A DNA stretch of 64,000 nucleotides from a virus. Shown here piece by piece: positions 1 through 8,632 of this stretch (positions within the stretch are counted from its first letter, which is position 1; each line of letters opens with the position of its first letter). The DNA is taken from positions 32,001 to 96,000 of the IMG/VR virus record IMGVR_UViG_3300020383_000006; one strand, given 5' to 3'. Below the pieces are notes generated by a model. It was not told the DNA's origin and did no database searches. It was given only the letters and a program-made list of their open reading frames with translations. A program made the position numbers and the translations under genes.

Positions 1-415
1 GTTCTTTTGAACATAATTCAACCTCACCGGAAGCACATGAAACTTCCTCATTAAACTTTTTCCATGAACGCCTTAATAGTCTTTCAACCAATTCAGGTTT
101 AGCAAAAACGGTTTCTTGGCGACCAATCGCTAAATTCAAATCGTATTGTGTTTGTCTAAGATTTGAACGCAATTCAGAAATTGAACGGTTTAGTTCACGT
201 TGTTTCTTAACTTCTTCTTCTAATTCTAGTTGGTATTGTTCAATAGAATCAGAAAGATTCTTGTTAACTAAATTCAGTTCTTCAATTTTATCTTCTTTTT
301 GTTGAATCGTTTGTTCCAGTGAATCTACTTTTTCGAACGTGTACCAAACATAACCAACAATCAATAAGATGGATATACCACCAAGAATTTTAGGATTTAG
401 AAATAGATTCCACAT
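1..415 (-). CDS. putative inner-membrane spanin (Rz-like), 3' end cut by window edge
   Basis: Not in ORF track. Manual translation MWNLFLNPKILGGISILLIVGYVWYTFEK... shows one N-terminal TM helix, a long coiled coil and C-terminal Cys residues; frame is open to position 1. Confidence 0.55.
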   Translation of the reverse strand, partial: MWNLFLNPKILGGISILLIVGYVWYTFEKVDSLEQTIQQKEDKIEELNLVNKNLSDSIEQYQLELEEEVKKQRELNRSISELRSNLRQTQYDLNLAIGRQETVFAKPELVERLLRRSWKKFNEEVSCASGEVELCSKE

Positions 416-419
416 AATT

Positions 420-578
420 TTAATACCCGATTTTTTGGGGGGATATTTCTAATTCTTTAACTTCCCATCCATCTTCTTCGTATTCTTTTTTATATTTCTT
501 GTCAATGTAAACTTTTTGACCGTCATTAGAGATGGCCAATAATTTATTTTCGTTTAAGTATTCTTTAAAACTTTTCAT
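420..578 (-). CDS. 52-aa protein with capsid-targeting-sequence-like N-terminus
   Basis: Manual translation MKSFKEYLNENKLLAISNDG...KIGY*; resembles the T4 internal protein CTS. Confidence 0.6.
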   Translation of the reverse strand: MKSFKEYLNENKLLAISNDGQKVYIDKKYKKEYEEDGWEVKELEISPQKIGY

Positions 579-593
579 TTTTCATTTTTTCCT

Positions 594-1019
594 TTATGGC
601 TTAACGTATGACATAGCGCCAGTTTTTGAATTCTTCATCAAAAACTTGTTATTTTTATGATACATTTTGCGCATTTCATCACGCAAAGATTCATTTTCAA
701 CGTATTTGGCCCAACGCTTGAATGGAACTTTACCTTTAATACAATTACAATAGGTGTCATCATCAACTTCAATTACTGGATTTCCTGCGAACGTTGATTT
801 ATTGAAAACAGGTTTAGCGTCAGGCATATCTACACCACCAGTACCTGTAGACGCCACTGCGGAGTCCTCAAACAAACCAAGAGGATCTTTTTTATCTTTA
901 TTAACCGAGTCGTAAACCGCCCCAAATATATCCTCTATATTTAGCTCACCGGAGCTTTCTAATTGAATTTCTTCAATTTCATTTTCTGATTCTGAAATAT
1001 ATTCTCTTAGAGTTTTCAT
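594..1019 (-). CDS. hypothetical protein, CTS-like N-terminus (MKTLREYISE)
   Basis: ORF track; overlaps the upstream stop (translational coupling). Confidence 0.7.
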   Translation of the reverse strand: MKTLREYISESENEIEEIQLESSGELNIEDIFGAVYDSVNKDKKDPLGLFEDSAVASTGTGGVDMPDAKPVFNKSTFAGNPVIEVDDDTYCNCIKGKVPFKRWAKYVENESLRDEMRKMYHKNNKFLMKNSKTGAMSYVKP

Positions 1020-1375
1020 GACAACTCCCTATTAATCAGTTCGTAAAATTCCTTATCGTAATTTTCTGGTGGTATCATCATAGGAAATGACAAATATTTT
1101 AGTACCGCGTTAAAATAAGGAACATGTTCTTCTTCAATTTTGTACTGTAACATTTTAGTTGCAGCATGAAAATTAAAGCAATTATAAAAAATCAAGACGT
1201 TGTTAACAAATAATCTAACGTTTATTTCACCGTATTCTAAATATTTGCTCATCATTCTCATGACTGTTGATAACTGCCTTAAATCTGAATAAAACTCGTC
1301 CTCTGTAAGGCAAGTTGTATTCGTATAAAAATGTGCGGCAAACCGTTCAAAATTATTTTCGTTTAATTCAATCAT
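1016..1375 (-). CDS. conserved T4-like phage hypothetical protein
   Basis: ORF track; ELNENNF...CLTEDEFYSDL pattern recalled from T4-like phages. Confidence 0.65.
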   Translation of the reverse strand: MIELNENNFERFAAHFYTNTTCLTEDEFYSDLRQLSTVMRMMSKYLEYGEINVRLFVNNVLIFYNCFNFHAATKMLQYKIEEEHVPYFNAVLKYLSFPMMIPPENYDKEFYELINRELS

Positions 1376-1395
1376 TTGTTCTTATAATTGTTTAG

Positions 1396-1427
1396 AAAAA
1401 GAAGCGGACTTTTAAATGAAGTCCGCT
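1396..1427 (-). terminator. rho-independent terminator
   Basis: AGCGGACTT/AAGTCCGCT stem followed by a U-rich tract on the minus strand. Confidence 0.6.
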
Positions 1428-1443
1428 ATTATTTAGGTTTGCA

Positions 1444-1977
1444 TTATTCAGTTAAACTTTCAACTGTAATTTCTTCAGCCAGTTCTTCTCGTAAAGAATC
1501 AGCTTTCTTCATATGGTGAGGTTTTTTACCAAATGTTTCTTGGTAAAGTTCTTTCAGTTCATCTTCTGATTTAGATTCAAGAAATGATTCAACTGTTAAC
1601 GGGTCAGTAGAATCTTGTTCGTCTGGCTCATTTTCATTATCTTCAGGATCTTGGTGCTCACCTGAACCATCGTCTTGGGTTTCAATTTGTTCTGATTCAC
1701 TTTCATCATCTTCAGAACCTTGCTCACCCGAATCTTCTTCTTGACCCAACTCATTTTCAATATCATTAAGGTCTTCTTCAGAAACTTTAACGGGTTCACC
1801 TGTTGAAGCCTGTAAAGAAACGTCAACATCTTCTTTTAGTTGTTCAAGTCGCAAAGGCAAATTCGTAACTGAACGTAGTAATTCACCCGTTTCTTTGACA
1901 ACCCAACCTTTCTCGGTAGCAACAACTTCTTTTTTGTGTTTTGGTACTCTTGCCCAAATAGGTAATGTATTTTGCAT
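1444..1977 (-). CDS. acidic hypothetical protein with small C-terminal helical (HeH/LEM-like) domain
   Basis: ORF track; D/E-rich linker; C-terminal EDELKELYQETFGKKPHH. Confidence 0.65.
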   Translation of the reverse strand: MQNTLPIWARVPKHKKEVVATEKGWVVKETGELLRSVTNLPLRLEQLKEDVDVSLQASTGEPVKVSEEDLNDIENELGQEEDSGEQGSEDDESESEQIETQDDGSGEHQDPEDNENEPDEQDSTDPLTVESFLESKSEDELKELYQETFGKKPHHMKKADSLREELAEEITVESLTE

Positions 1978-2030
1978 AATTAAATTCCTATAATGTTTAA
2001 GTTAATGAACCTATCCGTTCATTTACCTAT

Positions 2031-2687
2031 TTAGGCGGCTTGTTTCTTATGGGATTCGTTTAAATGGAAATATATATCTTTTAGATCATGGCTAAACCAT
2101 TCCGGTTCGCCCTCAGGAAAACAATATTTCTTACCTTTATTAACCTCCCACTCGCGTAATTTAATATTCATATAAACTTGGTACGCGACCAAAGGTTCAT
2201 CTTTATGAAATAAATGAACAAAAGGGTAATTTTCTTCACTTATAGCCAAATAATTACTCAGCAACCCCTTATCTTCCATAGCTTCAAAGGGTGGTATAAA
2301 AATGTATTCAAACATACCTAATGATTTATGATATTTTCCTCTACGGTCATGGAATAATTGATGTAATTCTTGTAAACATTCAACTAACCATTCATAATTA
2401 CTAATAGATTCCATAACCCATAAAACAGAAGGATGATTTTCATGTGTATGAATATAAACCTTATTATCAACCAACACTTCATCAACGATAGTGTCACTAG
2501 GTAGAACATAAGTTAATTTTTTCTTTTTTGCTTCTGGTTTACGGTAAATTTCCATAGGAATGCCGGACTTCAGACGCAAAACAGTAGAAAGTAATTGGGA
2601 ATATTCTAGAATCATTTTGGTAACATGAACGTCACAGTGTTCACGGGCTGACTGGATAGGGCAATCATTAGTACGGAAAATGTTCAT
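2031..2687 (-). CDS. pyrimidine-dimer DNA glycosylase / DenV-like protein
   Basis: MNIF...AREHCDVHVTKMILEYSQLLST and HENHPSVLWV motifs; probable start at MNIF. Confidence 0.75.
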   Translation of the reverse strand: MNIFRTNDCPIQSAREHCDVHVTKMILEYSQLLSTVLRLKSGIPMEIYRKPEAKKKKLTYVLPSDTIVDEVLVDNKVYIHTHENHPSVLWVMESISNYEWLVECLQELHQLFHDRRGKYHKSLGMFEYIFIPPFEAMEDKGLLSNYLAISEENYPFVHLFHKDEPLVAYQVYMNIKLREWEVNKGKKYCFPEGEPEWFSHDLKDIYFHLNESHKKQAA

Positions 2688-2728
2688 AATATAGTAAAAC
2701 CTCATCAATAAATTAACTCAACAAGGTA

Positions 2729-2757
2729 ATTATACTAAGAAATGGATTGGAAGTAAA
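2729..2757 (-). promoter_or_regulatory. T4-type early/sigma70 promoter
   Basis: TTTACT-N17-TATAAT. Confidence 0.7.
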
Positions 2758-2758
2758 G

Positions 2759-2834
2759 TGGTGCCCCACGACTGGGTTCGAACCAGCAACCCTCCGATTA
2801 TGAGTCGGACGCTCTACCGTTGAGCTACGGGGGC
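2759..2834 (-). tRNA. tRNA-Ile2/Met (CAT), probably lysidine-type Ile2
   Basis: Cloverleaf GCCCCCG...GACTCATAATCGG...GTTCGAACC...GGGGCACCA; encoded CCA. Confidence 0.9.
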
Positions 2835-2840
2835 ATTAAG

Positions 2841-3482
2841 TGGTGGTTCCCTAGTCAAGGAGATACTATGAACCACCTGCTAACGTTATTATCAGTTTTC
2901 CACGAGACCATGTACAGCCTATCTGATTTCCTTAATAAAAATTCTATTCAGGCAGGGATTACCACTAATTAGCTTGGACACCCTCTTTTTCTTCTCAACT
3001 ACCAAACAACAAGGAGGTAATTAAGCGAGATATAACTCTCACAAGTGACAAATTGCTTTAGAATTGAATCTAGCCACAGTTAACTCAACTCCAGAGCCGC
3101 TATATTTCAGTTTTATGATGAGTGCCCTTAGCGGTAAGGACTCATTCTTTTAGGGCGAACCCATTTTACTGATTACTATGCACCTAACGTCCATGACCGC
3201 TTGCGACTTACTAATAACCAGTAAAATGGGTGGTACACTACGCAGTACCCAGCGGAATATTTGGTGACAAGGCTAATTATTCGGGCGAAAAGCTCCACCA
3301 CAGAGCTTTTCTAAGCCTTGATGGCTAGTAGCTTATTAGGCTACCGCTGCCATATTAAAGTGTGAATCGTTTGCAGTTATAACGATTAATTACAGTTGCA
3401 AATAAGGCGACGACTCCCTACCTGACTCGGTGCGGTTAACACCTGAAAACCTAAACTTGATTTAGGCTTTTAGCTATTAACT
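2841..3482 (-). ncRNA. structured non-coding region between two tRNAs, containing several candidate RNAs
   Basis: No long ORF; own promoter at 3490-3518; 20-bp stem 3159-3231 with G.U pairs only on the minus strand; two CACCA ends (3262, 2841). Confidence 0.6.
3333..3380 (-). ncRNA. tmRNA-like mRNA domain, tag ANDSHFNMAAVA**
   Basis: ATAACT GCA AAC GAT ... GCA GCG GTA GCC TAA TAA with stop codons in a GTAGC/GCTAC hairpin; no tRNA-like domain found nearby. Confidence 0.6.
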
Positions 3483-3489
3483 ACAATTA

Positions 3490-3518
3490 ATGATAATCAA
3501 TTATTTTTTAAAAGTAAA
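3490..3518 (-). promoter_or_regulatory. T4-type early/sigma70 promoter
   Basis: GTTTACT-N17-TATCAT. Confidence 0.7.
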
Positions 3519-3532
3519 CCTTTATAAGAAAT

Positions 3533-3639
3533 TTCCCTAGAGACTTGCTCGGCAAACAAGATTTTTGGGTCTGATTTTGTCATGACGAACATAAAGTTTA
3601 GCGGTTGATTAATCCACAGACAGCCTAAACTCTAGGGAA
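3533..3639 (-). ncRNA. candidate ~105-nt structured RNA directly 3' of tRNA-Arg
   Basis: Perfect 10-bp terminal stem TTCCCTAGAG/CTCTAGGGAA enclosing internal hairpins. Confidence 0.5.
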
Positions 3640-3643
3640 TAAA

Positions 3644-3720
3644 TGGCACGGACGGTAGGACTCGAACCTACGACCAAGAGCTTAGAAGGCTCCTGCTCTA
3701 TCCAACTGAGCTACGCCCGC
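3644..3720 (-). tRNA. tRNA-Arg(TCT)
   Basis: GCGGGCGTAGCTCAGTTGGATAGAGC...CTTCTAA...GGTTCGAGTCC...GCCA. Confidence 0.95.
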
Positions 3721-3741
3721 ATTTAAACTTTCAATGTAATT

Positions 3742-3770
3742 ATGGTAATATATTTAATTTAAAAAGTAAA
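3742..3770 (-). promoter_or_regulatory. T4-type early/sigma70 promoter
   Basis: GTTTACT-N17-TACCAT upstream of tRNA-Arg. Confidence 0.65.
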
Positions 3771-3774
3771 CCTT

Positions 3775-4068
3775 TTATTTAAGAAGACGGTTCAAAACTT
3801 TATTCATTGTATTAAAGTCAATTTCTTTGTATTTTTTGAAGTCAGAATCTTTGCCGTTTTCGTCAAAAACCCTAACGACTAAATCAATAGAAACATCAAC
3901 TAAATTAGATTTGGTTCTAATTAATTCATAAGAAGTAATTTTAAATTGTAGTTTACCGTCTTTGGTTTTATACCAAACACCGTTTTGAATTTTATCGCTA
4001 TCATAATTACCCCACGTCAAAAACGTGGGGCGAACAGCTTCATTCAAAAAATCTTTAGCTGTTTTCAT
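3775..4068 (-). CDS. putative internal head protein (CTS-like MKTAKDFLNE)
   Basis: ORF track; N-terminal motif. Confidence 0.65.
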   Translation of the reverse strand: MKTAKDFLNEAVRPTFLTWGNYDSDKIQNGVWYKTKDGKLQFKITSYELIRTKSNLVDVSIDLVVRVFDENGKDSDFKKYKEIDFNTMNKVLNRLLK

Positions 4069-4306
4069 TTTTACCTTTTGCCTTTTCTTTATTGTTAGAA
4101 TCAGTCAATCTAGAATCAGCTTCCTTTAAAAATTCATTAATATCGCTGATTTCGGTGATACCCAGCTTAGAACCAATTAAATTAATTAAAGCGTTATTCA
4201 TTTCAGCTAGATTTTTGTTATTTTTCTGTAACCGAACGATGTCACGAGATAACTCTTTTGTTTCATTTTCAAGCTGATTCAACTGGTCTTGTACATTATT
4301 GTCCAT
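4055..4306 (-). CDS. small coiled-coil hypothetical protein
   Basis: ORF 4055..4396; probable start MDNNVQ at 4306 after AGGAG. Confidence 0.6.
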   Translation of the reverse strand: MDNNVQDQLNQLENETKELSRDIVRLQKNNKNLAEMNNALINLIGSKLGITEISDINEFLKEADSRLTDSNNKEKAKGKNENS

Positions 4307-4775
4307 TATATGGCTCCTGTATTTTAGTTTCAAATAGTTCAATTTGTTCAACGGAATTATCGTTGATATAAGGTTTAACGAATTCAAAAATATCACCGAA
4401 GTTATCCGGTAAGATATTTATATTAAAATATTTTTTAGCAAAAGTATATAAAAGTGTTACTGTAGTTCCTCCACCAGGAACTAAAAACAAAGGTGCTATA
4501 ACCGAAAACTTACCAACGTCTTTTAACTGCTTAAATGCTTCTAGAACATCTTCTTCAGATATATCAGACTTATTGGTAGCTATTTTATTTTTAAGTTGCT
4601 TAAAAAACGTCTCAAGCATCCTATTGGTTTCTTGGGCTTCGACTTTAGAAGCAATAAGAGCCATTTCAGCTTTCTTTTTTATTTTCGGCAACAAACTTTT
4701 AACTTTACTAATCATCGAGAAAAAATCTTCGTTTAATTTTTTCTCTTCTAAGGCAAATTGTTGAAATGTTTTCAT
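4296..4775 (-). CDS. hypothetical protein (CTS-like MKTFQQFALE)
   Basis: ORF track. Confidence 0.65.
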   Translation of the reverse strand: MKTFQQFALEEKKLNEDFFSMISKVKSLLPKIKKKAEMALIASKVEAQETNRMLETFFKQLKNKIATNKSDISEEDVLEAFKQLKDVGKFSVIAPLFLVPGGGTTVTLLYTFAKKYFNINILPDNFGDIFEFVKPYINDNSVEQIELFETKIQEPYNGQ

Positions 4776-5443
4776 TTTAATACATTATCCACTCTATTAA
4801 TTGCTGTATTAAATTCAGCAAATTCAAAACATTTTACTTCTGAATCAGAGTTACAATTATACACCTTGATTCTTTTTTCTTTTAAATTAGGTAAAGCGGT
4901 AGAAAATAAATTATCTAGGTGCCTTAAAGTGCCTCTACAGACCTTCCCATCAAACTTGTTTCTATAAATTTCGCCATCTAAACCTATAATCAAAATATAT
5001 TTAGGGTTCATATGGTAAGCTAGATTTAATGCACCATACAATGAATTCCCCGTACTTATTTTGTTCGGTTCTGTTTGAAGTCCATACGTTTGACTAAAAC
5101 AGTTTTGTTTTGAACTTATTCTTTCTAAGAAATTACAACCGCGATAGATAAATTTTTCTATCGTTTTAGTCCTTAACCTTGGTTCTTGTTTTATATTTCC
5201 TGGTATAGCGACGTATTTTTTATAATCGCTTCTTTTTTGTGCTATTTTTTGATTATCTAAACTTAAATCTAGCGTAAACCAATAATCCGCACTAACGTTA
5301 GGATGGTTCACGGAATTATTTACCGAAATAACTTTCCATGAATCATCAGGTTGGAAAAAATTATTGATAGAAAGACCGGAACCTGTTATAATTATTTTAT
5401 CGTGCTGTTCAGTTACTTCACCAAAATTCACTTCGTTGACCAC
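4772..5443 (-). CDS. DUF115/MptE-like (GT-A/sialyltransferase-like) protein
   Basis: IITGSGLSI, VISVNN and GNSLYGALNLAYHM..ILIIGLD motifs. Confidence 0.6.
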   Translation of the reverse strand: MVNEVNFGEVTEQHDKIIITGSGLSINNFFQPDDSWKVISVNNSVNHPNVSADYWFTLDLSLDNQKIAQKRSDYKKYVAIPGNIKQEPRLRTKTIEKFIYRGCNFLERISSKQNCFSQTYGLQTEPNKISTGNSLYGALNLAYHMNPKYILIIGLDGEIYRNKFDGKVCRGTLRHLDNLFSTALPNLKEKRIKVYNCNSDSEVKCFEFAEFNTAINRVDNVLK

Positions 5444-6096
5444 CCTGTTTCTCTAGGTCGAGGTCGACCATGATAACACAATATTCTTTCGTCGCCGTTA
5501 TTTAGTCCCTTTTTAACATGAGCTTTATAAGAAATGAACCATTCTTCAGGGAATATATTTTGGAACATAAGTGGTTTTCTTTCAGTGTTTAAACTTAGTT
5601 GATCACCAATAAATTTTTGATCCCCATAAGTGCCGCAATCTTCAGCAATTTGTCTAGGATTAGCAACCCATTTTTCCCAAATAGAACCTCTACAACTAGC
5701 AGGTAGATACATTACACCTGAAGCCAACCTGTGTCTAAAATAAAAATCTTTAAGCATCACAGGATTAGGTATTTCCGAACATTTTTTAATTATTTGGGAA
5801 ATGTCTCCAGTAATAATTGTATCTAAATCAACGTAAAATATATCATGAGTAATTGTATCAAAAAGGTCTGGTCTAAATAATTCCATTTTAGACCACCAAC
5901 CTTCCCATTCATTAGGGTATCTAAGGGGGATCCAGTTAGGAACGTTTTGTACGTTAGAAAGACAATGGAAATTGTCTTCAGGTAGACCGGAATATTTTTT
6001 AAACCCTTCAAAAAGACGTTGAACATAGTCAACGTCATAATGACTTCCTGGTTTTTTATGTAAAACGCAAATAAATTTAACCATTGTAACTACCAT
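5428..6096 (-). CDS. GT8-like glycosyltransferase
   Basis: GWWSKMELF, YVDLD (DxD), GDQKFI and HGRPRP motifs. Confidence 0.75.
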   Translation of the reverse strand: MVVTMVKFICVLHKKPGSHYDVDYVQRLFEGFKKYSGLPEDNFHCLSNVQNVPNWIPLRYPNEWEGWWSKMELFRPDLFDTITHDIFYVDLDTIITGDISQIIKKCSEIPNPVMLKDFYFRHRLASGVMYLPASCRGSIWEKWVANPRQIAEDCGTYGDQKFIGDQLSLNTERKPLMFQNIFPEEWFISYKAHVKKGLNNGDERILCYHGRPRPRETGWSTK

Positions 6097-6658
6097 CTAC
6101 AATAAAAAAGTGTTCATGAAAACAGTTCTTAAATTCCTTAACAAATTTTTCAGAATCTTTTCTTTGTACACTATTATCTATAAAAAGGTATCTTACATGA
6201 TTAGGTAACCCAAAGTACATTTCTTTAAATCTTGTATACGGAGTTAAAAAATTAATTTTGTTTAATTGGTTTTCAGTTAATATTAATTTGCTATCTTTAG
6301 CAAATTCTTTTAAAGACCTGCCAGTTTCTTTTCTATTAACCACAAAATAAACTGAATCATTTGCTAAATTTTCACCAATAAATTTAAGTAACATTGAACT
6401 TAGACCAGTCATTCGACCTAAGTTAATTGAAAAGTTGAAAAATTCATTCATTATACTAAAATTAATGCCACCTTGCGAACATATCATTTCAACTAACTTA
6501 GATGTCATCGGGTCTTTAAATTCTATAAATTCTGATTTTAAAAGGTTTTTAATTGTTTTTAAATCGTTTTGCGTGAACAAATCTAAAACAAATTTTCTTT
6601 GACGAAGTAATTCTTCAAATCCTTCATAATAATTATTCATACTATAAGAGCTCCTCAA
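6077..6658 (-). CDS. hypothetical protein
   Basis: ORF track; overlapping operon organisation. Confidence 0.6.
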   Translation of the reverse strand: MRSSYSMNNYYEGFEELLRQRKFVLDLFTQNDLKTIKNLLKSEFIEFKDPMTSKLVEMICSQGGINFSIMNEFFNFSINLGRMTGLSSMLLKFIGENLANDSVYFVVNRKETGRSLKEFAKDSKLILTENQLNKINFLTPYTRFKEMYFGLPNHVRYLFIDNSVQRKDSEKFVKEFKNCFHEHFFIVDGSYNG

Positions 6659-7364
6659 GTGTTATATGCGGACACAAATTATTGTTAGGTATAGCGGTAT
6701 GAAGGGTTGCGTTTTTTACGGTCACACCGGATGCTAACAAATCCTCACAAACATAACGAAAAGAACGTACCCATGTTTCAGGGTTATCTGCGTTCCTTCT
6801 AAACTTTTTCTTATCGTGATCACCAAACCAATGGCGTTTACCAAAAGTGTGACCAAAATCATACCCAACTAAAATTATTTCTTTTGCACCAAAAAGATAA
6901 GCAAGATTAACAGCCATACAACCAGAATTCCCGTTGTGGTGAACCGTATCCACTCTACCGATACCTTTTCCATGTGTAAGTTTAACACCGTTAAATGGTT
7001 TAGAAAGTTTGAATCCCCAACGTTTCCAACTTTCTTTAGCAGATTTTACCACCCGTTCTTGAGTCCATAATTCAGTATGTTCATAAACTAAATCCCTGAC
7101 GCTAGGGTAATAGTGGTGCCACCAAGAATGGTCAGCTGAATATACTGCGTCAACCCAAGGCGCAAGTTGGTAATTATTAGAAACGGCTATAACTTTATAA
7201 CCGTTCTTATTTCTAAGTTCCTCAACTATACCAATTTGTTCTTTAGTTAAAGAAGGACCGGAAGCAATACAAATTACTTTTTCCCATCCTTCTTTTTCTA
7301 GAGGTTTAGAAAAGTGAGATTCCTCTACAACCATTTTCGTAAAATTCCTTAACTGCTTCGTCAA
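6642..7364 (-). CDS. DUF115/MptE-like (GT-A-like) protein
   Basis: CIASGPSL and GNSGCMAVNLAYLFGAKEIILVGYDF motifs; paralogous pattern to 4772..5443. Confidence 0.6.
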   Translation of the reverse strand: MTKQLRNFTKMVVEESHFSKPLEKEGWEKVICIASGPSLTKEQIGIVEELRNKNGYKVIAVSNNYQLAPWVDAVYSADHSWWHHYYPSVRDLVYEHTELWTQERVVKSAKESWKRWGFKLSKPFNGVKLTHGKGIGRVDTVHHNGNSGCMAVNLAYLFGAKEIILVGYDFGHTFGKRHWFGDHDKKKFRRNADNPETWVRSFRYVCEDLLASGVTVKNATLHTAIPNNNLCPHITLEELL

Positions 7365-8601
7365 CTATAATGTCTGACCTATTTATCGGGTTAATTAAAC
7401 CGAACCCTTCAATAGATTTGATACGGGATAAGGCAACATAAGTTTGACCATGGCAAAACGCCCCAGAAGAAATATCAACGACTGCATTTGGTATTGTTTG
7501 ACCTTGTGCTTTGTGGATAGTAATAGCCCAAGCAAGTTTCAGTGGATATTGTTTGAAAGTTCCTGCAATATTTGTACCCAGTTTGCCGTCTTTGATTTCA
7601 TAATCAATTTGTTCCCAAATATATTTTTCAACAAATACAGTTTCTTCAGTTTCTTCTAAAAGAACTTCAATTCGGTCATTTACGAAGCCTGTAACATAAC
7701 CAATTTGCCCGTTTTTATAATCAGAGGTATTAGCCGTGATAATAACTTTAGCACCGTATTTAAGACGAAGTTCTTCTTCTACGGGAGTTTGACCTTTGAA
7801 CCCGTATGATTTTTCACCATAGAAAACTTTTTCTTTCCCTTCAAGTTCAGAATAGTTTTGAGTATTGATACCGTTAGCTGTTTTATTAGTTGCACATAAG
7901 AAAACAGGATCAGTATCCAAAACATCAACCAAGTTTTTGTTGCCATGATAGTTAAAGTAATTGACTGATTCCTCATACCCTTCAGAAGCATTCCTGATTT
8001 TTAATAAATTAGAAATCATTTCTTGATCTGATTGGCGCATAATTTCATTTAATTCAATATAATTAAATCCTGCATCAGCCCAAGCTTCCCCACCAAAAGA
8101 ATAAGGGGAATCATACAATGAAAAATAAGTTGATTCTTCATTTCTTACTACAACTGGTGGTAATTGGTAAAAATCTCCTACAGTAATAACTTGTAACCCA
8201 CCAAAAGGTAGTTTATTTCCTCTAACTTTTTTAAGAATCCTGTCTATTGTAAATAGAACGTCATAACGAACCATTGAAATTTCATCAATAAGAATTCGTT
8301 TAACAGGGGAATGTTTACCAAAAAGCTGTACAACCTTTTTGTGTGGATTGTAAGCGTCTTTTGCTTGTAAAATGTGAAAAGGTAATTTGAAGGCAGAATG
8401 TATTGTCATTCCACCTACATTTAAAGCGGCAATCCCAGTTGGTGCAAGCACAACCGTTTCATCTGAAAAAAGACTAACTATTTTTCTCGAAACGACTGAT
8501 TTACCTACACCCCCAGGACCAGAAATGAACGTATTTTTTCCAAGGGAAACGTTCTGTATTGCTTTATTTTGGTTTTGATTTAAAATCATAATATAACACA
8601 C
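7306..8601 (-). CDS. PIF1/RecD-like SF1B DNA helicase
   Basis: GPGGVGKS, APTGIAA, IDEISM, GDFYQLPPV, TIHKAQG and YVALSR motifs. Confidence 0.9.
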   Translation of the reverse strand: MCYIMILNQNQNKAIQNVSLGKNTFISGPGGVGKSVVSRKIVSLFSDETVVLAPTGIAALNVGGMTIHSAFKLPFHILQAKDAYNPHKKVVQLFGKHSPVKRILIDEISMVRYDVLFTIDRILKKVRGNKLPFGGLQVITVGDFYQLPPVVVRNEESTYFSLYDSPYSFGGEAWADAGFNYIELNEIMRQSDQEMISNLLKIRNASEGYEESVNYFNYHGNKNLVDVLDTDPVFLCATNKTANGINTQNYSELEGKEKVFYGEKSYGFKGQTPVEEELRLKYGAKVIITANTSDYKNGQIGYVTGFVNDRIEVLLEETEETVFVEKYIWEQIDYEIKDGKLGTNIAGTFKQYPLKLAWAITIHKAQGQTIPNAVVDISSGAFCHGQTYVALSRIKSIEGFGLINPINRSDIIVDEAVKEFYENGCRGISLF

Positions 8602-8632
8602 CTATAACGAAGAATTCAATTTTAGTTCAGTA

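Noticed and set aside
2835-3640. Canonical full-length tmRNA, RNase P RNA or SRP RNA
   Set aside because: No alanyl acceptor/T-arm, P4 motif or SRP helix-8 motif could be seen; only the tag domain is supported
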